Of a stretch of 64,000 nucleotides of DNA, positions 1 to 8,896 are shown one piece after another. This stretch comes from Terriglobia bacterium. Its GTDB lineage: Bacteria; Acidobacteriota; Terriglobia; Versatilivoradales; Versatilivoraceae. The notes beneath the pieces were generated by a model. That model did no database searches, was not told where the DNA came from, and was given only the letters and a program-made list of their open reading frames with translations. Made by a program: the position numbers and the translations under genes. Where the stretch lies: contig JAXLQK010000029.1 of NCBI GenBank assembly GCA_046331665.1, positions 2,784-66,783 on the forward strand, given 5' to 3'. How positions within the stretch are numbered: position 1 is the stretch's first letter; every line of letters starts with the position of its first letter.

Positions 1-1324
1 CATCAGCAGGACGTTCGACGAAGATCCTGAACTGCTCTACCGTTACGCCCTCGACGATGTTCGTGAGACTCGTGGGCTTTCGGAACTCCTGCTTCCCAGT
101 TATTTCATTCAGGCTCAAATCTTCCCTTACAATTTTCAGGACGTCATCGTTCGCGGCAACGCCACCAAGATCAATGCCCTTTTTGTACGCGAATACCTGC
201 GTTCGCGCCACTCTCTTCCGTCCCCTCCCGCCGGGAGCCAGGATTTCGCAGGGGGGTATACCGATATTTTTTATGAGGGCGTTGTCAATCACGTTGCGCA
301 TTGTGACGTCACGTCGCTCTACCCCTCCATCATGATTTCCCAACAAATCAAGCCCGCCCCCGACGAGCTCAACGTATTTCTGCCGTTGTTGACCGACTTG
401 AGAAATTTCCGGATCGAGGCCAAGAAGCTTGCCCAACGGGCGAAATCGCAGGAAGAAAAGATCCACTTCCAGGCCCTCCAAACGGCCTTCAAAATCCTGA
501 TCAATTCCTTTTACGGCTACCTGGGGACTTCTTTTTCCAACTTTGCGGACTTTCAAGCGGCTGGAAAGGTGACGGAATGGGGGCAGACGATTCTGCGGCA
601 GATGATCGATTGGCTGAGGGAGCGCGGCTGTCAGATTATCGAACTCGACACCGATGGAATTTATTTTGTCCTGCCGGAGGGGTCAAGCTCTTCGGAAAAA
701 GCCGAGACCCTGATTCATTCCATGTCCGGCATCCTTCCTGAAGGCATCGAAGTTGAGTTCGACGGACACTACCAGGCCATGTTCAGCTACAAAATGAAGA
801 ATTATGCCCTGCTGGGGGACGATGGAAGGCTGACCATCAAAGGGTCGGGTTTGCGGTCGCGGGGGGTGGAGCGATTTCTGCGTAATTTCCTGCGTGAGTT
901 GATCTTGTATCTGCTCAAGGGGGAGCATGATCAGATTCTTCCTCTCTACGAATCTGTCCGCTCCAGAATCGAGGGCCATCAACTGGATATTTCCGAATTT
1001 TGCAAAACAGAAACTCTCTCGGAAACCCTGGTGAGTTATCAGCAAAAGATTCGGGAGAAGAAACGGAATCCGACGGCGCTTTATGAGTTAGCCTTGAAAT
1101 CGGGCAGAGATTATCAGCCGGGAGATCAGCTCTCATACTATGTGACGGGAACCCGGAAGAACGTCCGGGTCTATGACAACTGCAAGCTGTCGAGCCAGTG
1201 GAATCCCGCCCAGCCTGACGAAAATGTCGTTTATTACAAAGAGAAGCTCAGCGAACTCTTTGAAAAATTTCAGCCCTACGCCAAGACCTCCCAAAACCTT
1301 GGGCAACAAAGTCTCGAGTTGTAA
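1..1324 (+). CDS. polB: Family B DNA polymerase (Pol II-like), C-terminal ~440 aa; 5' end lies outside window
   Basis: Frame of ORF 332..1324 stays open back to nt 2. Motif A 'DVTSLYPSIM', motif B 'KILINSFYGYLG' and motif C 'IIELDTDGIYF' are all present in order. Confidence 0.8.
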   Translation, partial: ISRTFDEDPELLYRYALDDVRETRGLSELLLPSYFIQAQIFPYNFQDVIVRGNATKINALFVREYLRSRHSLPSPPAGSQDFAGGYTDIFYEGVVNHVAHCDVTSLYPSIMISQQIKPAPDELNVFLPLLTDLRNFRIEAKKLAQRAKSQEEKIHFQALQTAFKILINSFYGYLGTSFSNFADFQAAGKVTEWGQTILRQMIDWLRERGCQIIELDTDGIYFVLPEGSSSSEKAETLIHSMSGILPEGIEVEFDGHYQAMFSYKMKNYALLGDDGRLTIKGSGLRSRGVERFLRNFLRELILYLLKGEHDQILPLYESVRSRIEGHQLDISEFCKTETLSETLVSYQQKIREKKRNPTALYELALKSGRDYQPGDQLSYYVTGTRKNVRVYDNCKLSSQWNPAQPDENVVYYKEKLSELFEKFQPYAKTSQNLGQQSLEL

Positions 1325-1375
1325 TTCGGATTTCTAGGAGGTTGCCGAAAAACTCGGTCGACCAAAGAGCGGGAG

Positions 1376-1402
1376 CTGTAGCGGCGGTCTATGACCGCCG
1401 AA
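1376..1402. repeat. GC-rich hairpin (8-bp stem CGGCGGTC/GACCGCCG, loop TAT) between convergent polB and uxaC-like genes. Member of a REP-like family also found near 48.7 kb; possible bidirectional terminator.
   Basis: Perfect inverted repeat read directly at 1382-1400. Near-identical element with compensatory stem change at 48691-48709. Confidence 0.5.
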
Positions 1403-1565
1403 ATTCAATTACTTGCAGAACGACGACGCTCATAGAGTGCCGCAACAGGGAGTTTTTCAGCAACCTGCCAAGGGGGAGCTCAAGGGAATTTGTCCCATTT
1501 ATTCTTATGTATTCCCCCTACCGCTCGGACGGGGGAATAGAAATTAGACTCGTGCTTTAAATTAA

Positions 1566-2912
1566 TTATTTGCCCCGCGGCCTCATACCCAGGAGGGTTT
1601 GTGGCGTCTCGAACAAGATGGCTTGGGCTATCCTTAAGGCATCTTCACGGGAATATTGTCCTTGTTCCACTCTTTGCGCCAGCACTTGAGACAAAATTTT
1701 GCGGACCATGATGACTTTGGCATAGGTCCATTCCACAACGTAGGCATCTGAAAAGAACCCGACCTGCTTGTTCATGGGGAGCATATCCAGCCGCTCAGAC
1801 ATCACGCGCCGAATGGCCTCCGGGAAAAAGTTGTGCCACCAGTAGCCAGCCAAACTGAAATTCGGCAACTCACGCGCCAGCGTACAAAGGGATTGATTGG
1901 CGGCCGCGTTGGCTAGGAAACACTGAAAGCGAAGTTTTGGGTGCTGTCCAATGATCGATGCGATTTGAGCAATCGATTCTTGCGATACCCGGCTGGCGGT
2001 TTCGTAAGGCAGGGGCTCCGCTGCGAAACTAAACTGAAGGACAATCTTGTCGCCGTGTTTTTCCAATTGCTTCAAGAAGGCGTTGTTGACATAAGAAGCG
2101 TAGATGTCTCGTTCGACCGGTCCTGCTTGTGCGCGGCGGGCCAAGGCCGCCGCAAACTCGTCATCGCCGACTTCACGGAAATGGATGTCTGTCGAGACGT
2201 GGGTGGCTGTGGCAAGGACCTTGTCATAGGGGATACTGCTCACGTAATAGTGAACGGCTTCATGGAGATCCTCCACGGAGCGGATGGTGCGCTGTGCGGG
2301 AGCCCGGCCTCCGGCCCCAATCGGGGAGGGAGAGCTGAGGGGGGACTTTCCCCAGCACAACTCCAATTCGTAGAGTGCCGTGTCAAACTCACCCCACTGG
2401 CAGCGAGTAAAGAAACCCCACTCCAGCGCATATTGAAACCGGTCGTCGTCCTGGCCTTGCCCGCGACGGGCAATCTCCGTCCCGGTGCGTTGAATGTTGA
2501 CCCGGTCCAGGATGGAGTGGTGCCAGCTTCGATCTTCAGACCGTTCTCGAATTAAGGCATCCAGCCGGCGCCAGTTGTCCGAGGTAATAGGCTCCGTCCA
2601 TTGATAAAGGTCTCTGAGCAGGATTCGAATTCCCCAGGACGTGCTCGTGTTGTAGACCTTGGAAAGATAGGGGAGCGCTTCCTGGATGCGCTGGTGGGCT
2701 TCCTGGTCCGACGGAAAGTTCGGATATTCGGTCAGGCGCTTTCCCGTTGGGCAACCAGCTCCATAGAGATCAGAAACCGCCATGTGGTAGAGCAAGACAT
2801 CATGAAGGCCTCGCGCTCCCAGCTTGCCTCCGATCAAATGGGTGTGAATGTCGAGGATCGGAATTTCGGCAAGGGCCTTTTCCAGTTCGAGAGTCAAATC
2901 ACTGAGATTCAT
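1566..2912 (-). CDS. Glucuronate (uronate) isomerase family protein (UxaC-like TIM-barrel metal hydrolase fold)
   Basis: N-terminal 'PILDIHTHL' resembles the 'DYHCHL' metal site of UxaC. C-terminal 'GYWWHNF...FFSDAYVVEWTYAKVIMVRKIL' is collinear with the UxaC 'SGWWFND...[20 protein letters not shown]' region. Its start overlaps the upstream pfkB stop by 14 nt. Confidence 0.6.
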   Translation of the reverse strand: MNLSDLTLELEKALAEIPILDIHTHLIGGKLGARGLHDVLLYHMAVSDLYGAGCPTGKRLTEYPNFPSDQEAHQRIQEALPYLSKVYNTSTSWGIRILLRDLYQWTEPITSDNWRRLDALIRERSEDRSWHHSILDRVNIQRTGTEIARRGQGQDDDRFQYALEWGFFTRCQWGEFDTALYELELCWGKSPLSSPSPIGAGGRAPAQRTIRSVEDLHEAVHYYVSSIPYDKVLATATHVSTDIHFREVGDDEFAAALARRAQAGPVERDIYASYVNNAFLKQLEKHGDKIVLQFSFAAEPLPYETASRVSQESIAQIASIIGQHPKLRFQCFLANAAANQSLCTLARELPNFSLAGYWWHNFFPEAIRRVMSERLDMLPMNKQVGFFSDAYVVEWTYAKVIMVRKILSQVLAQRVEQGQYSREDALRIAQAILFETPQTLLGMRPRGK

Positions 2913-3843
2913 GATGGCGTTCTCCTTTTAAAAAGGCTTTTACCGCGTCAAAATTTGGAATCCCCTCCTGCCCGCCAGCCCGAAGAGCCTTCATCGCCGC
3001 CGCCGCCGAGGCCAGTTGGACTCTCTCGACCAGGTTCATCCCATGAATTAATCCGGCCGCATACGCCCCATGAAAGACGTCACCGCAACCGGTTGTATCA
3101 ACAGCCTTGATGGGGAAGGCGGGGAAGTGGATGGGTGCTTCAATGTGGCTTTCACTGACATACCAACAGCCTTCGGCCCCGCAGGTGGTGATGACGACCT
3201 GGCGGCCTGACCTCCAAAGCCTTCGGGTCGCAGCAGCCGGATCACTTTCCCCAGTCAGTGAGGCGGCAAACGCCTGGGAGACAATTAAATGGTCGACTTG
3301 ATCGAGTAATTCCTCAACCCAGGGAGATCCTTTTCCTTCCAAATCCCCAACGACGGGGATTGCAGCCTGTCTGGCAATCCGCACAGCGCGCAACATGCCT
3401 TTGGGGCTCAAATAGTCGACGAATAAGACACGGGCGCTTTGAATAATTTCTGCTCCGGGCAGATCATCGTCTGCGCCCACAAAACCGTGCAAGTCGAAAA
3501 AAATGTTCCTCGTCTTTCGACCTTCATCGACAATGATGGTGGAGTGAATGGGTTGTGCACTCTTGCGACGAATGAGATGATCGAATTTGATCCCTTCAAG
3601 GCTCAAGCGTGTGATGACGTATTGGGAGAGTTCATCGTCGCCTAACACACCCGCATACGAGCAGCGACAGCCGAGGCGAACGGCTGCCACCAGGGCAGTC
3701 GCCGTCAAGCCGCCGCAATGACGCTCTCTTCGAGAGATCGGGATCTTGGCGTCGGCGGGAGGGTAGGCAGGGACAAAGATGAGGTCGTCGACCGCCACCA
3801 CACCCAGGCCCAGAACATCTATCGTTTTGCGGTCTGCCATCAT
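2899..3843 (-). CDS. PfkB-family sugar (acid) kinase (ribokinase/KdgK-like)
   Basis: PfkB signature 'DTTGCGDVFHGAYAAGL' near the C-terminus. N-terminal 'IDVLGLGVVAVD' Gly-rich region. Confidence 0.75.
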   Translation of the reverse strand: MMADRKTIDVLGLGVVAVDDLIFVPAYPPADAKIPISRRERHCGGLTATALVAAVRLGCRCSYAGVLGDDELSQYVITRLSLEGIKFDHLIRRKSAQPIHSTIIVDEGRKTRNIFFDLHGFVGADDDLPGAEIIQSARVLFVDYLSPKGMLRAVRIARQAAIPVVGDLEGKGSPWVEELLDQVDHLIVSQAFAASLTGESDPAAATRRLWRSGRQVVITTCGAEGCWYVSESHIEAPIHFPAFPIKAVDTTGCGDVFHGAYAAGLIHGMNLVERVQLASAAAAMKALRAGGQEGIPNFDAVKAFLKGERHHESQ

Positions 3844-4481
3844 AAAGAGGCCAGCCAGCTTCTCATTGCTTTGGGGTCTTCCCCGAACATCAATGACCCC
3901 GGAACAATATAATCCGCCCCAGCCTCATGAAGGAGGGGAACCGTCTGCCGTCGAATGCCTCCATCGCTTTCAATCTCTGTTTTCAGGTTGCGCTCTTGGA
4001 TGATGCGGCGGGCTTGACGGATTTTGTCGAGAATTCCCATTTCCATCGAAGCGCCTTTGATGCCCATGGCCGTACCCACGATGGTAACAATATCCAGATA
4101 TTTCCAATAGGGTTCAAGGACCTCAATCGGCTCATGAATCAGAAGGGACACCCCGGCATATTTCCCCTGAGCTCTGATGGCTTGTAACACCGAAGCCGGG
4201 TCCTTGGCTGCGTCGAAACAAAAAATGATTCCATCCGCCCCCGCTTCAACGAAGGGTTCGATCCAGTCTGCAGGATCCGTGACCATGAGATGCACTTCGA
4301 AAGGGAGTCGCGTATGTTTTCGGAGCGTCTTTACGAGATCCGGGAAGAACAACAGATTCTTGACGTAATGGCCATCGGCGACATCCAAATGAAATCGCTC
4401 TGAAAACGGTTCCACCCTTTTCATTTCGGATTCCAGATTGGCCAAGTCGGCCGACCAGAGAGAAGTCGAGCACTTAAGCAT
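3840..4481 (-). CDS. Ribulose-phosphate 3-epimerase family protein (Rpe/AlsE-like)
   Basis: 'STSLWSADLANLESEMKRV', 'FHLDVADGHYVKNLLFFPDLVKTL', 'HLMV' and 'ESDGGI' match the Rpe (beta/alpha)8 motifs. Start taken at the internal Met 4 nt after the upstream gene's stop; the longer ORF reaches 4550. ATGA overlap with the pfkB start. Confidence 0.7.
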   Translation of the reverse strand: MLKCSTSLWSADLANLESEMKRVEPFSERFHLDVADGHYVKNLLFFPDLVKTLRKHTRLPFEVHLMVTDPADWIEPFVEAGADGIIFCFDAAKDPASVLQAIRAQGKYAGVSLLIHEPIEVLEPYWKYLDIVTIVGTAMGIKGASMEMGILDKIRQARRIIQERNLKTEIESDGGIRRQTVPLLHEAGADYIVPGSLMFGEDPKAMRSWLASL

Positions 4482-5301
4482 GTTTAAGTTCCTTTGGTAA
4501 GAAATATACGGCGAAAAATTCATTGAGGAATTTTTGAACGTCTTCTCCATGCCGCTTCACGTCGACGGCCTTTGACGTTAGTTCGCGAAACTCGGCGCCC
4601 GGGATGGATTCGGCCAGTACTTTTCCGAATTCAAATGGGTGAATCGGGTCCTGATGGTTCGCCAGAATCAGGGTGGGAACCCGGATTTTTTTCCATTCCT
4701 GCCGGCTCGAACAGGGAGCATCGAGAGGAATTTGCTCCAGCTTGACCACAGTCTCTGCTGCCCGGGGGTGGGCAAACTGACCTTCCAAGGATTTGGCCGA
4801 TTCCATCGATTGACGTTCAATTTCCAGGTAGTTCTCTGAAAGCTTGAATTGTTCTAATCCTGCTTCGGGGCCCATTTGACGAATGAGGCGCGCCATTTCA
4901 GCAAAGACTCGGGCATTCTGTTCATTGGGAGAGTCCAGCCAGGCCGCACGGGATTGTACGAGCCCGAGAACTCGATCTGGAAAACGCAGGGTGAAATTCA
5001 GCGTAATGGCCGCACCCATGGAGGTCCCGCCGATCACGGCGCTGTTGATTCCCAAGTGGTCCATGAAAACGCCGAGGTCATCTGCAAAAATGGAAAGGTG
5101 GATTCTCTCAATATTTCCGAGCGGGCGAGTCTGTCCGTGGGCACGGCAGTCAAAGGCAAGAAGACGAATCCCCGAAGGAGGAGAGAAAAGCCCAAAGGGT
5201 TGGGACACATCACCCCCCAACCCATGCTGAAAGATGAAAGGGATTCCTTCTCCGTTTTCTTGATAATAGAATTCCAACCCATCGTGTTTGAAGAGCGGCA
5301 T
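4474..5301 (-). CDS. Alpha/beta-fold hydrolase (possible lactonase/esterase)
   Basis: 'HGLGGD' oxyanion region and 'GTSMG' nucleophile elbow (GxSxG). Length 275 aa. Confidence 0.75.
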   Translation of the reverse strand: MPLFKHDGLEFYYQENGEGIPFIFQHGLGGDVSQPFGLFSPPSGIRLLAFDCRAHGQTRPLGNIERIHLSIFADDLGVFMDHLGINSAVIGGTSMGAAITLNFTLRFPDRVLGLVQSRAAWLDSPNEQNARVFAEMARLIRQMGPEAGLEQFKLSENYLEIERQSMESAKSLEGQFAHPRAAETVVKLEQIPLDAPCSSRQEWKKIRVPTLILANHQDPIHPFEFGKVLAESIPGAEFRELTSKAVDVKRHGEDVQKFLNEFFAVYFLPKELKHA

Positions 5302-5380
5302 CGATTTTGTCGGTTTAAAATCTCAATTTGCGAGGATTATAAAGGGTTAGCTATTTCGCAGGTCTCAGAGTTTTGCTTCC

Positions 5381-6220
5381 TCAATTCAGCCTCTCCAGCT
5401 TTTCACGCAGGAATCGCACACAGAATGGAACTTCCGACTCCTCCAATCCATGAAGAATTAATGGGCCGCTGAAAGGCACTTGCTTCAACAGACTCAGGTA
5501 GAGGTCGTAGTTCAGGACGCCGGTTCCAGCGGCTTTGTTCCCGGCCTCGCCATCACGGTCGAGATCCTTGGCATGCGCCAGGGTTAGATCTGAACCCAAT
5601 AGTTCAAAGGCTTCGTGCAGGATCCTATCCATTTGAGAAAGTTCGCCCTGGTGAAATAAGTTGGCTCCATCCATCACCACTTTCAGCCGAGGAGATTTGA
5701 ATTGATCCAGTAACCGCCTGGCTTTGGCGGCCGTATCAATGACATTTGCAATCTCTGGTTCTATGGCGAGAGTCACCTGATGTCGATCAGCGATTCCCAA
5801 TGCTTCTTGCATCGAATAGAGCAAGTCGTCCCAGGCCTGGGAGGAATCATTGTCAGGGTGGCGGCGCCACATATTCTCCTGGTCGCGGGTGCCTGTGCAG
5901 AGCGTGATTACCTGAGTTCCCATCTTATGGGAGGCTTCGGCCAGGACAGCCAGACGTCGCATTCCTTGAGCCCGGTGGGCCGGGTTGGGATGAATCATAT
6001 TGTAGGTTCCTGAAACGGCAGCCATCGTCAAGTCCCTGGTTTGGTGTGCCTGTAGGATGTGGATAGCCAGTTCAGTTGCAATCTGGTCCGGCATGGGGGG
6101 CTGTCCAGCGCAGGACAAATTAAATTGAACACAACCCACCCCGGTGGCTTTGACTGCGTCCAAAGTTTCTTCGAGCGCAGGTCGCGGAAAAGTTTTTGCA
6201 AAAATTCCGATTTGCATCAC
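5381..6220 (-). CDS. Sugar phosphate isomerase/epimerase (xylose-isomerase-like TIM barrel, AP_endonuc_2 fold)
   Basis: Length and motif spacing ('GCVQFNL', 'TLAIEPE', 'MDGANL') are typical of the xylose-isomerase-like TIM-barrel family. 4-nt overlap with the upstream Gfo/Idh/MocA gene. Confidence 0.6.
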   Translation of the reverse strand: MMQIGIFAKTFPRPALEETLDAVKATGVGCVQFNLSCAGQPPMPDQIATELAIHILQAHQTRDLTMAAVSGTYNMIHPNPAHRAQGMRRLAVLAEASHKMGTQVITLCTGTRDQENMWRRHPDNDSSQAWDDLLYSMQEALGIADRHQVTLAIEPEIANVIDTAAKARRLLDQFKSPRLKVVMDGANLFHQGELSQMDRILHEAFELLGSDLTLAHAKDLDRDGEAGNKAAGTGVLNYDLYLSLLKQVPFSGPLILHGLEESEVPFCVRFLREKLERLN

Positions 6221-7293
6221 ACACTACCGCTTACGGAAGAGAGCTGAATCTTCTCTCCACTTTCCACAGAGCGGGCGATGGCGACCATCGCTCGCATCGC
6301 TGCGATACCGTCATCGATTCCGGCTCCATGCTGTGGTTTGCCGTGTAGTATCACATCGGCAAACCCCTCAATTTGGCGTTTGTACGTGTAGGCATCTTCA
6401 CCGAGCGGGCGGTGAAATTGTCCGTCGCTCACGGAGAAGCATTCGACAGTGCTCGACATGTGATACCAGGGAAGGTAAAACTTTCCTTTGATACTTCCCT
6501 TTTCTCCATAAATCTGGAAGGACTCTTCGAAATCCCCGCGGATGGCTATCGTCAAATCGAGATGACCCAGGCATCCATTGGCAAAATCGGTGTCGACAAA
6601 CCAACAGTAGGCGCCAAACCGTTCCGATAGGCGGGCGCGGACGCTGGAGATTTCGCCGGCGAGAAAACGTGCCGTATCGACCAAGTGGCTTCCGTGCGTC
6701 AGCATGAAATAGCGCCGTTTGTCCGCTTTGGGATCTCCCGCCGGTTTCCTGGCCGCCTGGCTGTGCCTCGGGATGGGTTGCAGATTATCGGTCATGGTGT
6801 AACGATAGGTTGAGTCGCAGTAATTGGACTTGAAGCCCATTAACTGGCCAATTTCGTCGCGAATGAATTGACAGGCGAAGGTCGCCCCAGGATCAAACCG
6901 CCTGTTATTCCCAACCTGAAAGACGAGTTTGCTTTCGGCCACGCGGCGCCGTAACTCTTCACACTCTTCCACGGAGACACCCAGGGGCTTCTCCACCAGG
7001 ACATGTTTTCCGGCGGCTAGTGCCTTCAAGCAAAAAGGAACATGAAATTGGTCGGCAGTTGCGATAATGACTGCTTCCACGTTAGGGTCCAAGAGCATCG
7101 CATCAAAATCGCGATAAGCCACCTTGGGCTCATGAATAGAACCCATTTTGTTCAGCAAATCCTCGGCGACATCGCAAATCGCATAGAGTTCTGCATTCCG
7201 AGACTTTCGACAGGCATCGAAATGAGCAAATTGGGAAATCGGGCCGCAGCCCAGGACACCGATTCTCAGAAGGCGTGAATCCTTTTTCATCAC
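6217..7293 (-). CDS. Gfo/Idh/MocA-family NAD(P)-dependent oxidoreductase (sugar dehydrogenase)
   Basis: N-terminal Rossmann 'LRIGVLGCGPISQFAH' and 'EKPL' motif ('KHVLVEKPLGVSVEECEEL'). Confidence 0.8.
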   Translation of the reverse strand: MMKKDSRLLRIGVLGCGPISQFAHFDACRKSRNAELYAICDVAEDLLNKMGSIHEPKVAYRDFDAMLLDPNVEAVIIATADQFHVPFCLKALAAGKHVLVEKPLGVSVEECEELRRRVAESKLVFQVGNNRRFDPGATFACQFIRDEIGQLMGFKSNYCDSTYRYTMTDNLQPIPRHSQAARKPAGDPKADKRRYFMLTHGSHLVDTARFLAGEISSVRARLSERFGAYCWFVDTDFANGCLGHLDLTIAIRGDFEESFQIYGEKGSIKGKFYLPWYHMSSTVECFSVSDGQFHRPLGEDAYTYKRQIEGFADVILHGKPQHGAGIDDGIAAMRAMVAIARSVESGEKIQLSSVSGSV

Positions 7294-7472
7294 TTAAGTT
7301 CCCTTAATGAGTTCATCAAGAAATCTCATTTTCCATTGGTTATTTCTGCTTTTCTATATGATCGTTGTGTGTTGAGAATTAATCCAAATAGAAAAGAACA
7401 GATTGCAGTTCGGAAATAACAATGAGCCATTGTCGCAGCCGAGGCCGACGGCCGTCATGCCCTTTAATCGTT

Positions 7473-7739
7473 CTAAACCCCATATCGTTGTCGTAACGCT
7501 TCCCGAAGCGCTTTCAACTTCTTCTTTTCCGAAATATCGATGAGCACCGTCAAATGTTTTTCAAGCGGCACCTCTCGGAGCTCGCCTGAAGTATGGACGT
7601 CCAATGCCTGGCTCATAGCTTCCGCGCCCAATTTTGGATCCGCTCTTCCGGCATCATTTTTGATGGAATTAATCGCCGATCCCGCCAGGTACAAGATGTT
7701 GCTGCTCAATCTGCGGGTTTCAGCATCGGCGAGGTTCAT
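7473..7739 (-). CDS. 88-aa ORF whose ATG overlaps the RLP stop (ATGA); resembles the RLP/RuBisCO C-terminal helical tail. Either a split RLP or a frameshift.
   Basis: 'MNLADAETRRLSSNILYLAGSAI...GRADPKLGAEAMSQALD...GELRE' parallels the RuBisCO 'MPAL.EIFGDDSVLQFGGG...GA.ANRVALEAC...GRDL' segment. ATG 7739-7737 overlaps TGA 7738-7736. Confidence 0.35.
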   Translation of the reverse strand: MNLADAETRRLSSNILYLAGSAINSIKNDAGRADPKLGAEAMSQALDVHTSGELREVPLEKHLTVLIDISEKKKLKALREALRQRYGV

Positions 7740-8896
7740 AATAATATTTCCCTGATCCAGACCCCTGCCCTGGCGATCATGGTTGGGTTGATGCCTGGCA
7801 GTGGACGGGTGAGAACCTCTTCCGAGGCCTCCCACTCCGCGCCATACGGAAAGATAAAGGGCGGGCCATTTCGAACCGGGGCCGTCTGGCGGAAGTCGAT
7901 GCCGTCAAGCCTGGCGAGTAAGTCAATAATTTCCCGCCATATCGACTTGGTTCTGACGCCAATACCCGCATTATGGCCATAAATAGCCGGAGGCGTTTGC
8001 AAGTGCTTGGTTGCTTCTCGAACCATTCGCACCGTGCCGCCCGCAAAGGATTCACTGAACATCACGCCCGTTGCTCCAACTTCCAGGGTGGCGTGCAGAC
8101 TCTCGAGGATCTCGTGAGGAGAACCGGTAATATGCGGGGCAAAAATCAGCCCCAGTCCGCCGCGCTTCTCCTTGACTTTCTCGATGGCTGTGACTGCCCG
8201 CCTTGCCCTTTCCTTGACCGGGGAATAGTTCAAATCGGGATAGAGATTTTCATCCTCTTTAATGAAGAGGAACAGCGGACAGGCAGCCGCCTCTTCCACC
8301 AGCGTGCCCACCTCTTCCGGAACGATGCCTGCCGTTGGTTTTAGGATCGTCCCGAAGGCAGGTTGTTCCGGTTTGAAACCTGTGGCTTTGCGAACCCCCG
8401 GTGCACCATAGGCCGGACCGGGAAAGGTACGAATCACTTTTTCTGGAATCTGAAGGGCGACCAGGCGAGCGTCCTGATTTTCATACACGTCAAAAATAAT
8501 GGCCCCGGCCACGGTGTGAAGGATGTCGCAGGAAGTCAAATGCCCGTCGGGGTGGAGCAGCATTTTCAACGGGAAAGCCATGTGAAGCAGCCCGATGCGT
8601 CCACTCATGTCGAACGGGTCGACCCCCGCCGCCTGAGCCGTACATTGCTCCAACAAAGACCCGGCCGGCGGGTGCTTAATGCCGCTCGTCGCGTGGTAGC
8701 TGATTTCACGGACTGCCTGCTCGAGTTTTTGAGTTCGGAAGGCAAAGAAATAACTGGCTACAATTTGGTCGTCCATCTGTGGGGGTGGATTCTCTGCCAG
8801 TCTGCGACTTACCACTCGGCGCAGCAGGACGTCGCGCGCATTGTTGTCATACCAAAGGGAATCGAGTGTTGTTTGATCGAGTGAAAGAGATTTCAT
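7736..8896 (-). CDS. RuBisCO large-subunit-like protein (form IV RLP), 386-aa main frame
   Basis: 'GTILKPTAGI' corresponds to the RuBisCO 'KPKLGLS' region. 'FLFIKEDENL' corresponds to 'DFTKDDEN' with the carbamylated Lys and acidic ligands retained. 'IYGHNAG' corresponds to 'IHRAMHA'. The C-terminal region seems to continue in another frame (see 7473..7739). Confidence 0.6.
   Translation of the reverse strand: MKSLSLDQTTLDSLWYDNNARDVLLRRVVSRRLAENPPPQMDDQIVASYFFAFRTQKLEQAVREISYHATSGIKHPPAGSLLEQCTAQAAGVDPFDMSGRIGLLHMAFPLKMLLHPDGHLTSCDILHTVAGAIIFDVYENQDARLVALQIPEKVIRTFPGPAYGAPGVRKATGFKPEQPAFGTILKPTAGIVPEEVGTLVEEAAACPLFLFIKEDENLYPDLNYSPVKERARRAVTAIEKVKEKRGGLGLIFAPHITGSPHEILESLHATLEVGATGVMFSESFAGGTVRMVREATKHLQTPPAIYGHNAGIGVRTKSIWREIIDLLARLDGIDFRQTAPVRNGPPFIFPYGAEWEASEEVLTRPLPGINPTMIARAGVWIREILL

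Noticed and set aside
57-335. 92-aa ORF at the window start
   Set aside because: Out of frame with the polB reading frame, which carries motif A across the same nucleotides.
1512-1542. TTCCCCC(12-nt loop)GGGGGAA hairpin downstream of the uxaC-like gene as an intrinsic terminator
   Set aside because: Not followed by a U-rich tract on the relevant (minus) strand. The loop is long. Kept only as a note.
1941-2555. 204-aa ORF on the plus strand inside the UxaC-like gene
   Set aside because: Antisense to a gene with clear family motifs. It is Arg/Gly-rich, which is typical of GC-rich antisense frames.
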